A stretch of 64,000 nucleotides of DNA from Octopus sinensis (lineage: Eukaryota). The notes under the pieces are model-generated. The model was given only the letters and a program-made list of their open reading frames with translations, did no database searches and was not told the origin of the DNA. The translations under genes and the position numbers were made by a program. This document shows, piece by piece, positions 48,881 to 62,830 of this stretch (within the stretch, counting starts at the first letter, position 1; each line of letters opens with the position of its first letter). The stretch is from contig NC_042997.1 in the NCBI RefSeq assembly GCF_006345805.1, forward strand, positions 141,050,001-141,114,000. The letters are read 5' to 3'.

Positions 48881-49949
48881 AATGAATAACTAGAATTACT
48901 TCCTTGCACAAATCTTTACTGTAGTCATTTTAATTGGTACATTTCGACGTCAATCTTGCTACTCTCGAAGGGTGCGCGAATGTCATGGGCACGGAACCTT
49001 CCCACCAGACAAAACTAATAAAAAAGAAACCAGATCGATGTGCAATTCTGAATATTGGCATGAAAGACCAAATAAGCAACTGAAAGTCTCAGTATATTCT
49101 CTGGATAATTTCAAATGAAAGTTTTATGACGATTTTCTACACGTAGTCATAACTATTCTCCTCACTGTCATATCGTAGTTCTTACTTATCTCGACGGTTT
49201 ACTGATCAAGAAATACCAACCAGCGTTTTTATTTTCTGGCGTATGTATATCTACAGATTTACAGATATCTGCGATTCTCATGACATTTATTGAGGACGTG
49301 CAAGTTCTCTTTCTTTTACCACTGTTGTTCCCAAACTTCAAACAATGGAATAAATTTTATGCAGTGAGAGAAAAGCCGAAAGTTTTGTCAGAGACCTTCA
49401 TCTGACAGACAAGAAACGTCAACTCATGTTTTTTTAAAACTTCATGTTATCTCCCCTTTCTCCTCTTTCATTATTATCATTTCCCCCCTTTCATTATCTC
49501 CCTTTATTTCCCCCCTCTCCCTTAGTTATTCCAGTTTATATTGCTTTCAACCCAAGTTGACATTTTTTCTCCCTTGACGAAGAAATATTGTGCTCGAAAA
49601 GTTAGAATTCTCATTTTTCTCCCGGGTATAAAACTTATTGCACAGTTTGAAATGTTTATATTACTATTGGCCAACCGACGCAGGCTGTCTTTAGTTTCCC
49701 CCACGTTCAACTGTTTAACTTTATTAATCTAGTTTTGCCTTCATTTTCTTTGTACGATTGCCATTTTGCCTTTCTATTCTTATTTATCTTATTTTACCAC
49801 CAATTTCCTCGCCATGGCTATATGCATATATTCATGTATTGATGTAAATTAATATGTATTTTTCTCCTATCAAGTTCAAATTTATCGATTTATTGATCCT
49901 TTCTGTTGTCTTTTATTAACTATTTTAAGCCAAACAACTGGATTAAGTC

Positions 49950-50230
49950 AAAATATTCTCTGATGCTGCTTCTGTTGCTGCTACTACTACTACTACAACA
50001 ACTGCTACTACTACAACAACTGCTACTACTACTGCTGTTGCTGTTGCTGCTGCTGCTGCCGCTGCTGCTGCTGATGATAATGATGATGTAGCTGCCTATG
50101 CTGCTGCAGTCTTACCGTTACTGTTAGTTTTGCTGCTGCTGTTGTTGCTAACACTGCCATTACAGGAGTTATTGGTGGTGGTGATGGCGGTAGCAGCGGA
50201 GGTAGTGGTGGTGGCGGTGGTGGTGTTGGC
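49950..50230. repeat. Mosaic trinucleotide tract (CTA/CAA/CTG/GAT/GTG)
   Basis: Direct reading. Confidence 0.9.
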
Positions 50231-50393
50231 AGTGGAAGTGTTTAGAGTTGAAAGAGTAGCTGCCTTTGAGGTTAGTCTATAAATACGCTTGTTAGCCAAT
50301 GACAGGACTAAAAGACTTTGTTGATTCAACACTGCGGTTCTTCTTTTGGGCTTGAGTAGTAAACAAATTCATATTTTTCGCTCTTCAGTAAGG

Positions 50394-50672
50394 TGTATGT
50401 TTGTGTTGTGCGTATCCCTATGTGTGTGTGTGTATGCATGCATGTATGTATGTATGTATGTATGTATGTATGTATGTATGTATGTATGTATGTATGTATG
50501 TATGTGTATGCGTGCGTGCATGTATGTTTGTGTGTTGTGCGTATCCCTATGTGTGTATGTGTATGTATGTATGTATGTATGTATGTATGTATGTATGTAT
50601 GCATGTATGTATGTATGTGTATGCATGCGTGCATGTATGTTTGTGTGTTGTGCGTATCCCTATGTGTGTATG

Positions 50673-50744
<72 letters not shown>

Positions 50745-50760
50745 TGCGTGTGTTTGTTTG
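50394..50760. repeat. Three-unit higher-order repeat containing variable (ATGT)n
   Basis: Anchor TGTATGTTTGTG(TG)TTGTGCGTATCCCTATG at 50394, 50521 and 50634. Confidence 0.9.
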
Positions 50761-52166
50761 TGCGTTAGGAATCTACATATGTGTATTTCGGGCGTGTGCA
50801 TGTATTCATAGGTGATTAAAGAGAGTGCATGCATGAAAAAGAAAAGGCACATTACAAAGAAGTAGATTGTGAAACGAGTGAGTGAGCATAAGAAACACTC
50901 AGAGAGAGGGAGAAATAGATGTAAAGAGAAGAAAGAGGAGAAAGGGAGGAAGAGAGAGAGGAAGGGGAAAGAGTTAGACTGATAGAGACAGAGACAGACC
51001 GACCGACAAACAGACAGACAGATAAATGAAGTTAGCAAAAGGCAATAAATAAATGAATAAATACATAAATGGTAGCGTAAGGGTTATTTGATTTGAAACA
51101 GTGAAAGCTAAACAGGTTAAAAGTATGAAGAAATCGCGAAAAAGTGTGACAGTGGTAATAAATAGGATGCCGTTAATGAGAATTTAAGTAATTGGTTGAG
51201 ACGGTAGACATATTTCATTTGCAGTTTCTTCATGTTCTGGTAAAGAAAAAAAAAATATCCAGTTTTCATCCGCACACACTTCGACTGAAATTAAGGAAGA
51301 CCTGAAAAGAATTATTTGAGTTTGCTACGAGGAAAGTGAGACAAGAAAATTCAAAGAACTAATCTTTGGTGATGCGACAGTGCCAATAATAATGAGCAGA
51401 GAGAAAGAGAGGAGGGAGTAGAGAGGGGGAGAGAAGGAGTATAGATATGAAGTCATAGAATAATTGATCGGATGAAAGGAAATGAGATCAAGTGAGTTGT
51501 AAGATCTTCTAATGTAAGAGATAAATGTCCCTTAAGAATTCCCAGTCACTCTTAATGTGAGTTACAATTATAAATACAGAATGTCCATGATAAAGACAGA
51601 CGATAAATATTCTATATTAGTTGCTGACGAAGAGTCATTTTGATCAGTCAACTTTGATCGAGGGAGCCTACGACAATGGAAGCTGATCAAAAGTAACATT
51701 CGGTTGGAGCTAGTATTCAGGATAATTTACTTTCTATCGTGGTCAATGTTATGGAATATTCTAGTAACTCAAATGAAACAAACAGAAATGGCACACAAAA
51801 AGTAAAATATAAAAATACCTACGATGTACTACGAAATTTTAAGCACGAATGCTGTTGTACGTGTTTGTTTTGTTAAAGTCAAACATACAGATATAATCCA
51901 TAAAAACATAAACATAAAACCGCTTTAATATCTGAGGGATTTTTGAATTTTCGGAAGCAGTATTATATGATCTGATTTCAAATTAGCATGAAATATATCT
52001 ACAGCCATGTAAAATATGACCAAACAATACATGGAAGCAGTAGAACAATTAGAGCCACTCATTCTTTGTTTCGTTTTTCTTCGGTAACTTCTGTTTTTAA
52101 TTCTTTGTATTTTGGTTTAATATCTTTTTTTGGTATTTCTTAATTTCTTAAATTTAATTTATGCTA

Positions 52167-53078
52167 TCAGATTGGTGCAAAAATAATTAGGATTTTAGCT
52201 TACAACTTAAAAGCAATATATCTCAGTTCTCAATATATCTCACTTTCTTGACTGACTAACGCTGGGCGTAAACGTTGCACTTTTTAATACATTTTGTTAA
52301 TTTCTTGGAGGTACATTTCTGCTATGATGGTTTCGCCAGAATTCAAAAATAGGAGTGAGTGAATCCCATTTCCAAAAACCAAACAGACATTGCTCTTTTG
52401 GTCTAATTCCATTTTGGAAATTTCCTGCGCGGAACACTGCCGGTTGTCGTTGAGAAAACAATTTTTTGTAACATAATATTCCATGATACGAACAACAAAC
52501 GGAGCATTTCTGTTCCATACAAAAACAGAGCAAGTTTGACTTCCTAACAGCTGTTTCTTTTATTGACTGTTCTTCCCTTAGCGAGCTACGTGTTTCTCGA
52601 GCGTTCTTTTTCCAGGGTGGTGCATATATTAAACAAATGTTGAATGGTCAGCTTTTAGGGGGTTATTTTGCAACCTCTCGCGTATAGCGACTTCAATAAT
52701 GGCCCTAATTCAATTTCAGAAGTTCGTTTGCATCGTTTCTGATTTTCTAGGCTCTTTATACCACTATGGAATTTTTGAAATCAGTTTTGAGTTCGTTTCT
52801 TGACGAATCTTTGTTTAAATGCTTCTTTGTTATGGTAAGCAATTCTCGCTGCTGCTTTGCATTTCATTTTGAATTCACATAATATAATCACTCATATTTG
52901 CTTTCTTAATCTTTGACAGCCTAAAATAAACAAGAACAAACAGTTGAAGCAAAACCATTAGCATAAATCAATAGACCAAATATCAGCGCTTGAAAATAGT
53001 ATATTACATGAAGATATTTAAACAAAAGTTTATTCCAATATAACATAAACCGCAATTGTTTTTGCACCAATAACCTAA
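52167..53078 (-). mobile_element. Internally deleted, decayed mariner element (Hsmar1/MADE1-like TIRs)
   Basis: TIRs TCAGATTGGTGCAAAAATAATT and AATTGTTTTTGCACCAATAACCTAA with TA flanks; KKQI*VIILCEFKM...FQKF.SG..SLE and FLNSGETIIAEMYLQ. Confidence 0.85.
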
Positions 53079-53859
53079 TACTTCAGATCTAGAAAACAAC
53101 GTAGGCTAAGAATATTGACAGCTTGATTGTCTCACTCTTAAGCCTCTAGTTTTTTCTGTTTTTCTTCATGTATTTGGCTATAATTTCAGTCATTATCTAT
53201 GCATGTATAGATGCTTTTATACTAAATTATTTTTGGCAGTCTGATAAAATATTTATCTTTAATTGTTTCTTGAGCTGTGAAATAGCTGAACGTCATGGAA
53301 TAGCTTGTGTGCATTTTTATATAATGAAAGCTAACACTTACAGTTGGATCTATCGTTGTGTTTAAATATGAATTTAGGTTTCCACGAGGGAATTGATAGA
53401 ATTTGACTGTAGATTAATAATCAATATGCTGATATTAGATTATCATAATGAGCTCAAAGGTAAACGTTGAAAGTTGAAGCAGTATACAGCTAGGCATTGG
53501 TGCATGACCCAACTCTCTCAGCAATATAAGCAATCAATCATGCAGTAATCGAAACAAATACAAAGAATCATACACACACTTGTTTCTGTAAGAATTAGCT
53601 TGTGTGTATAGAAGCAAAAACTAGATGAGTTGATAGTGTATAAAACTTTCACCTGAATAATTAAAAATTCATATTGTGGTGGTATATTTTACCAACTAAA
53701 TACACATCAAAGTTTATGTACAGAGAGGGATAAGAGAGACACATTGCAAAAGATGGGGGAAGAGAGTGATGATGATGATGATGATGTTGATGATGATGAT
53801 GATGATGGTTGCCACTATGAGAATTGAAGCATTGCAGAAAGCAATCTAAAAAGAAAAAA

Positions 53860-54330
53860 AATCATGGCAGGCGTTAATTATTGGGAACGCCTCTCAAAGA
53901 TCAAAAGTTATTCTTTTAACGTCACTGTGAGCGCTACATGAACAATGTGGAAACTATTCTATCAATACAAGTTCACAAGTCACCTAAGGCTTGGCCTCAA
54001 CCAAATACCCTCTACAAAAGTCACGCGCACACTATATAACAACGTAGCGACACATTGTTTTCTTTTACTTCAACTAGTCCTGCTTCATTCAGAATTATTC
54101 CTTAAGAAATAAAAGAAAAAAAAACCCATTGAATTCAAACAATAACTGGACGAATTCCTCCAGCAAATACCAGACAAACCACAGACACCTAGACACATCT
54201 TGGCAAGTAGCAACTTTTTACATGAGTAGGCTATCATGTCCTAAAACGTAACTAAAAAAAGACTAAACCAGATGGTGCTAATATGTTAAGCATTGGCTTG
54301 AGCTAATGGCCGAAAACTATCTAAAGTATA
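53860..54330 (+). pseudogene. 3' fragment of a LINE related to the 2749-7450 element
   Basis: NYWERLSKIKSYS...ERY, PDKPQTP, and a 3' UTR GGTGCTAAT...TGGCCGAAAAC.TCTAA matching the reverse complement of 2760-2825. Confidence 0.75.
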
Positions 54331-54898
54331 GATAGCATATTTAAAGGGATTTTTTTAAAACAAAAGGGACTATTTTATGAATACCCAGTATATATATATA
54401 TCTTATTTAGACTTTGTAAATTTCAGGGTTATTATGCAAAAGAGACAATCACTAATTTAGTTATGTTTTGTTCCACATGTATACATTGTGCACCAGCTGA
54501 TATTCCACACACGCTCACGCTGACAAAGACACACTGACATAAACTTATATAATCACTTGAATAATGTAGGACAATGTATGATATGCACGTTATGCACAAA
54601 TACTGCATATATATATATAACCTACTACACAAATACATTCAGAGAGGCACACAACGTGACGTATACTGACGCTTATACATATGCACCTTCAATACATACG
54701 CAAGGAAATACGTCTAAATATTTACACAAATTACATGTGTGTGGAAGTGTGTGCATATTTGTCTGTCTGCATGTCTGTCTATCTGTCTATGTATGTATGT
54801 ATGTATGTATGTATGTATGTATGTATGTGTATGCTATATAAATAACGTGTACACATAAGCGTATATCTGCTTGTAGCCATATGCTCTAACAATGCCAC

Positions 54899-54963
<65 letters not shown>

Positions 54964-54974
54964 GAGAGCATATA

Positions 54975-55260
54975 TATCCTAGTGATTAGGGTGTTGCCTC
55001 ACGATCGCGAAAGTGTAGCTGTAGTTGCTGGACCGGTTGGTACGTTTTATTTCTTTCGCAAAACAATTAATCACCCTTTGTTCTGAAATCATTTCGACTC
55101 CTGACGTTTGGTACACTGTGCACCTGTTCAGGTAACGTCGATTTTATGGAAGGAGCGAGTTAATGTACAGCACAAACATTTAATCACTATAAACAACTCA
55201 TTTGTGCAGGTTATTCACCAAGAAATTTCAGAACTTTCTCGGTCTACAAGTAACTACCAT
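54975..55260 (+). mobile_element. tRNA-like-headed SINE with a distinct body
   Basis: CCTAGTGATTAGGGTGTTG..CACGATCG head resembles the family 3 head; the body is not matched elsewhere in the window. Confidence 0.45.
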
Positions 55261-55329
55261 CATAGATATGATATAAATGTAACACGTAATGAAGCCAGAG
55301 AGCCTCTTACAATGGATAAAGATAAAGTT

Positions 55330-55965
55330 AAGTTACTGTTATATATTCTAGGCACAAAGTTACATAATGAGAAATGAACGGCTTAAAGAAATGTAAATTT
55401 ACGTAGATCCTTTGTCCATGATTTCGTAGTAGTAGAAACAGTTGAATGTAAGAGCAGCAGCATTTTCTCCCAAAATAGTGTTGCCAGTTGTAGAAATCAT
55501 AGTCGGGACGGTGGTGGATGGCTAGCTGTAGGTTGGCAGTAGCAATGAAGAAAATAACCGTATACACGTATATTATTGGTAGTGGTGGTAGATGTCTGAG
55601 TAGTAGTCGGTGTTGAGTCAACGCCAAAAATTCCCTCCTACTGGTGACAATATCCATAATGGAAGCGTCGATGTTAGGGAAGATTGGCAATTTATAGAAA
55701 ACAACAGCCCAATCCGAACGATTTTCAATCTTCGACTTAAATCGTTGGATCATCAAGAACTTCTTAAAACAGAAGTTTCCAACCTTTCTTTCAGTGGCAA
55801 TCTCGTTGATGGTGCTACTGTGGTTCAGGATGTATTTGCGGAAAGGAAGACGGGTGTGTTGTCAGGCGTTCCTCCATTCGGGCGTGAAATGGTCGGATCG
55901 TTCAAGCGATGTAGTAATCACCGCATTCGGAACACTGTAACTGGCAGACAACATAGGTCTGTATA
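55330..55965 (-). pseudogene. Decayed Penelope-type GIY-YIG fragment plus 3' region
   Basis: YVVCQLQCSECGDYYIA*TIRPFHARMEE...SSFRKYILNH. Confidence 0.55.
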
Positions 55966-56030
55966 GGATGCAACTGTTCGCTAATGGGTATATACATACA
56001 TGCATTCATACATACATATACATCCATACA

Positions 56031-56088
<58 letters not shown>

Positions 56089-56089
<1 letters not shown>

Positions 56090-56466
56090 TAGCAGTATCG
56101 CCCGGCGTTGCTCAGGTTTGTAAGGGAAATAACTATAAAGCATTTTTAGAGAGTTATAGCCAAAAAATAGCAAAAAGATGGAAAAAAATGATGGTAAATA
56201 TTTTTTTGATAGTTAAAAAAGGTGGAGTTGCGTCCCCTACACAGTTTGTGTTCCTGATTCTCGACCCCATGTCGAATTTATCGATTTTTTTCAGAACTGG
56301 GGGAACTTTTCAAAATTTTCGCTGCGTTAGTTTTGAATTATGACATTGGGCTATGTGTGTGTCAAGTTTCATCAGAATCGGTTGAAAGCCGTGGTCAGGG
56401 TGAGGGTACAAGCAAACAGACACACAGAAACACGCACAGACAAACTGCCGTTTATATATAGAGAGA
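56089..56466 (-). mobile_element. Non-autonomous Helitron (378 bp) inserted in (TA)n
   Basis: Minus strand: A|TC start at 56466, GC-rich imperfect hairpin CCTGAGCAACGCCGGG, then CTAG|T at 56089; no TSD. Confidence 0.8.
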
Positions 56467-56487
56467 TATAAATATATATATAATTTA

Positions 56488-56556
56488 AACATCGGTTGTC
56501 AAGCGATGGTGGGGGGACAAACACAGACACACAAATACATACATACATATACATAC

Positions 56557-56588
<32 letters not shown>

Positions 56589-56890
56589 ATGTGTGTGTAT
56601 GTGTGTATGTGTGTATGAGTGTGTATGCGTGTGTGTGTATGTGCGCGTGTGTATATGTATATATATATATGTATGTATGTGTGTATATACGTAGAAACAT
56701 ATGCATAAACCTGTATATACATATACACGTACATCCTTGCATATAATATATATATACACGCACATATGTATAAATACACACATATATACGTATGTGTATA
56801 AATATAAATGCCCACACACAAGCACATGCATGCGAACACGCACACACTCCCCTCACACAAACACACACACGCATACACACACACACATAC
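56488..56890 (-). mobile_element. SINE family 1 internal fragment with expanded TA/TG/CA microsatellite
   Basis: CATCGGTTGTCAAGCGATGGTGGGGGGACAAACACAGACACAC matches 278-320. Confidence 0.75.
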
Positions 56891-57359
56891 ACACAAATAC
56901 ACTTATGCACACTGTGAAGCCAATAACCGGCGAAACGTCGAAGTTGCCGTCGATTATTTTCTTTCTAAGAATATATTTTATATACTTGAAAGTATTCACT
57001 ACTCTATCAGTTGATGGCTGACTATTTTTTTAATGTGTGATTATACATAAATTACACGCTTTAATATACAAATTTGTCTGTGTGTGTGTGTATGTATGTG
57101 CGGGTGTGTCCGTCCGTAAGCACATCAGTGTGGGTCATATACAAGACGTATAAATATGTGTGCGGTGTGTCCGTATGTAAATTTACGTTTTTAAACTCCT
57201 TATAGATGCAGACACAATGGGTGAATTAAAGAGAATTAAAAATAAATACTACTGGCAGTCACTCACTTTTGACTCTCTTTCAAATGTACTTTATGTCTGA
57301 ATCCATACTTAGCTATTAATCCTCAACAAAAAGCAAAAAAAGCCAAAAGAAAACTGCAT

Positions 57360-58770
<1,411 letters not shown>

Positions 58771-59014
58771 TTATTTGTCCATAAGTCAGAAATATAAATA
58801 ATTCAACTGGGAAGGTTTTATATTATCAAACCACATATTACTGGTTATAACATATAATTGATCAGAATGTTAATGTCGGTTTTGCGTCAAATAACGCCAC
58901 AAGACGATGTTGACGACTCTTCGGTCACGGTCTACCGGCATGTGTGCGCTCATATGTGTGGGTGTGTGTGTATGTGTGTATGTGTCTGTGTGTGAATATG
59001 CGTGCGTGTCTATC

Positions 59015-59230
59015 AATGCTTTCAAATTTTGGCACAAGGCCAGAAATTTCCTGGGTGGGTATAAGTCAATTACGTAGACCTCGCTGTTCAACTGGTACTT
59101 ATTTTATCGACCTCGGAAGGTTTAAATGCAAAGTAGACATTGGTGGATTTTGAACTCGGTATGTAAAGACTGACACAATGCTGTGAAGCATTTTTCCTGA
59201 CACGCTACCGATCCTGCTAGCTCGTCGTTC
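59015..59230 (-). mobile_element. SINE family 2 copy, head-to-head with the following array
   Basis: AACTGGTACTTATTTTATCGACCTCGGAAGG...TTTGAACTC. Confidence 0.8.
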
Positions 59231-59239
59231 AAATGATAA

Positions 59240-59980
59240 GGTGAAGGCAACGAACTGGCAGAATTGTTAGCACGCGGAGCGACATGCTTAGCAGTATTTC
59301 GTCTGCCGTTACGTTATGATTTCAAATTCCGCTGAGGTCGACTTTTCCTTTCATCCTCTCGTGGTCGATTAAATAAGTACCAGTTACGCACTGGGGTCGA
59401 TATAATCTACTTAATCCTCTTGTCTGTACTTGTTTGTCCTCTCTGTGTTTAGCCCCTTGTGGGTAGTAAAGAAATAGGTATTTTGTCCGTCGCTACATTC
59501 TGAGTTCAAATTTCGCCGAGGTCTACTTTGCCTTTTATCGTTTCGGGGTCGATTAATTAAGTATCACTTGCGCACTGGGGTCCATGTAATCGCCTACCCC
59601 TACCCCAAATTTCAGGCCTTAAGTTCAAATTCCGCCAAGATCGACTTTGCCTTTCATCCTTTCGGGTTCGATGAAATAAGTACCAGTTACGCACTGGGGT
59701 CGATGTAATCGGCTACCCCGCTTCCCCAAAAATCTTCAAGGCCTTGTGCCTAGAGCAGAAATAATTATTAATAATAAGGTGAAGGCGGCCAGCTGGCAGA
59801 ATCGTTAACGTACGGAGCAAAAGGCTTAGCTGCGTTCCTTCCGACTTTACGTTCTGAATTCAAATACCGCCGTGGTCGACTTTTTTCTTATATCCTTTCG
59901 AGGTCGATAAAATAAATACCAATTGAACACTGGGGTCGTGTAATTGCTAGCCTTGTGCCAAAACTACTCAAGACCATTAT
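59240..59980 (+). mobile_element. Tandem array of four SINE family 2 core units
   Basis: TTCAAAT..CGC...TCGA...CACTGGGGTC units at ~59320, 59505, 59623 and 59858. Confidence 0.9.
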
Positions 59981-60353
59981 TGATATCAGAGTTAGGCAGA
60001 AGAAATGAAAGTATTGATCCTAAGTTTACGTACAGGTATGGAAACAATTTAGATAAAATGCAATATTTACGTTGTTACGTTTATGAATTTGTCTCTATCA
60101 CCTGAGGTTGCTTGTTTCTCTGTCCTAGATCCACAAGTATTTTCAAGCAGTGGACAGAAAAGTTCTTAAATACGTAAATATTTTACGTTATTTTATTGCA
60201 ATCCATTTCATTTAATTTCTTGGAAAATTTGAAGACTTTCAGAACCTGTAGTGAAACAACGTAAGGCGTAATTCCTTTCTTCTGACTAACCTTATTATTA
60301 CCAATATACTATCCAGAAACTAGCAAAAAAAAAACAACAAAAAAAAACGTTTG

Positions 60354-60426
<73 letters not shown>

Positions 60427-60433
60427 TAGCAGG

Positions 60434-60802
60434 AAATTACATAAAAAAATCTTCACAGAAGATATACGTCCAAAATAATATTGTATTAATGGATGTATAA
60501 ATATATAAAGTATAATTATTAAAAGAATTTAAAACACACACACACACATATACGTGTATATATATATATGTTTGTGTGTTTTAAACTTTTTAAAAACCAT
60601 ACTTTATATATTTATACATCTATCTATTAATACAATATTATTTTGGACGTATATCTCCTGTGATGATTTTTTGATGTAATTTTTCTTTACATATAAACCT
60701 ACATCAAAACTGCAATCAGTAATGTGTGTGTTGTGTATGTAGCTGAGTAAATATATGCAGTTTTGATTGCAGTTTTGATGTAGGTTTATATGTAAAGAAA
60801 AA
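60434..60802. repeat. Two abutting long inverted repeats
   Basis: IR1 at 60434-60682 (~120-bp imperfect arms). IR2 arms at 60680-60718 and 60764-60802 (39 bp, perfect). Confidence 0.9.
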
Positions 60803-61029
60803 GTCAAACCTTGTGTGTAGGCTATTCCTATTTCTAATTGTTAAACGACAAAGTACAGGACGGAAAGCCAATCCATTGCATGGATTAACTACGTCCATTT
60901 CAAACTCATTGGAATGATATGAAATGCCATGGTTAACATCTCAACGCAACGCCCTCTTCGCAATCGAACTCAAGAGTCCAACATCCTAACTACTCGACTA
61001 TGAGGTCTCCTGTTTTATGCATCAAGTAT

Positions 61030-61061
61030 CTACCAACCTACCTACCTACCTACCTACCTAC

Positions 61062-61118
<57 letters not shown>

Positions 61119-61183
61119 CATCTCTTTCTCTGTTTCTGTCTCTGTCTCTCTGTCTGTCTCTATCTCTATCTCTCCCTCTCCTA

Positions 61184-61259
<76 letters not shown>

Positions 61260-62086
61260 AATATATGTGTAGATGTTTTGTATATCAAACACAAACTAGC
61301 ATGCATGCACGAGCGCGCGTGTAATGAGTGTATATATTGCACTTAAAAAAATATTAATAGGTCCTTCTGAATGATATCAGCTAATTGGATAATCATCACT
61401 CTTGGGTTATTAAATAAAGAAGAGATTTCGCGAACAAATCATGCGGAAATTACATCAAACAGATACGCAAGCATAAATTGACCAAGTGTTATGTTCAGAA
61501 CCACAAAAAAAGAAAAATAACTATGCTATTAAAAGGATGTTGGTGCAAAGGGGTTCTCATTGTTGGAGACTTCAATTGTAATGGTAATTGCATCCCGGCG
61601 TCTTCAAGATGCGGAGCTCACTTCCATTATATGTTCTCAACTTATTTTCTTCTTTCATGTCTCTACGCTTTGAATTATTTTCGTTCACTTCGTTATCGTT
61701 AAATTGAAAACAAATCACACACACAGACACACTCACACATACACACACACACACTCACACACACATGTATAATATATATATACATTGTATGTATATATGT
61801 ATGTATGTATGTATATATCTATATCTATATCTATCTATTTGTCTATCTATCTATATCTATCTTTCTATATATATATATTTGTATATGTATGAATACGGTA
61901 GAAATCGACTCGTGACCGAGGAACACCACTACCTAATTCCATTTAAGTCTAAGAAGCATCTCGTGTTTGGTCTCCCTATCGCTAGTATACATACTTCGTT
62001 TCCTGCACATACATGCACGCATACATACATACATACATACATACATACATACATACATACACAAATACATGCATGCATACATACAT

Positions 62087-62179
<93 letters not shown>

Positions 62180-62180
62180 T
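61030..62180. repeat. Compound microsatellites (CTAC, CTAT, CT, TA, CA, CATA)
   Basis: Tracts at 61030-61260 and 61720-62180. Confidence 0.9.
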
Positions 62181-62289
62181 TTTTTTACCTCTATTGACAA
62201 AAATTTTTATCTCGACGATATCTCCTTTCACTCCGTAGTAGCCAAATCCTCTAGCTTCTTCAATTTCTGGTGTCACTGATTATATAATC

Positions 62290-62830
62290 TTCAAGTCCAA
62301 ATTATATACACCCCTCAATGGGGATGATGACAATCTTGTCGCTTCCAAAGGCTAAAAAAAACCCCACAAACACACATAATGTAAACGAAATAACACAGAC
62401 TGTTGCGCAACATTCGTTTAACATGAGTAGCACACAACTAAACCTCTCACAATCGTTTGAAATTTTGGGCACCACTATCACCAAAGATCTCTACTAGTGA
62501 AACTACTATCTTAACATAGCTATGACCGTATCCTAGTAACCCAAGTACTCGCCCTTACCTTCAAGATCTGAAGAGGCTCTACCTCCTCCACAACATTCAT
62601 TGATACTCATCAAGTCTCAAGTGGTTTCTAAATGATGTGTTGCTCCCAGATTTGGAGACTTTGTTGCTGCTGAAATTACATCCAGAAAATAGCCATCGAA
62701 CTGATTCGTACACTCCAGCCTCCGTTCACATATATGCTATCTTCTGTCAGGCAATCACGACACCCCAAGCCACTCATCTCTTCTCCTCTCATCAAAGTTC
62801 TTTTGTCCAACACCTTACCCAGGAGACACA
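62290..62830 (+). pseudogene. Old Jockey-like LINE RT fragment
   Basis: FEILGTTITKDL, IKSQV and LQP motifs in the same order as the 26025-26480 fragment. Confidence 0.5.

Noticed and set aside
50096-50332. 78-aa T/S/N-rich ORF
   Set aside because: TTG start and low complexity derived from trinucleotide repeats.
55400-55480. Hammerhead remnant after the decayed GIY-YIG
   Set aside because: Only GAAA-TCATGG is recognisable; the CTGATGA core is absent.
59240-59980. CRISPR-like array
   Set aside because: The units are long diverged SINE cores without unique fixed-length spacers; no cas genes.
61545-61600. VLIVGDFN as an endonuclease remnant
   Set aside because: A single short motif with no other APE motif nearby.
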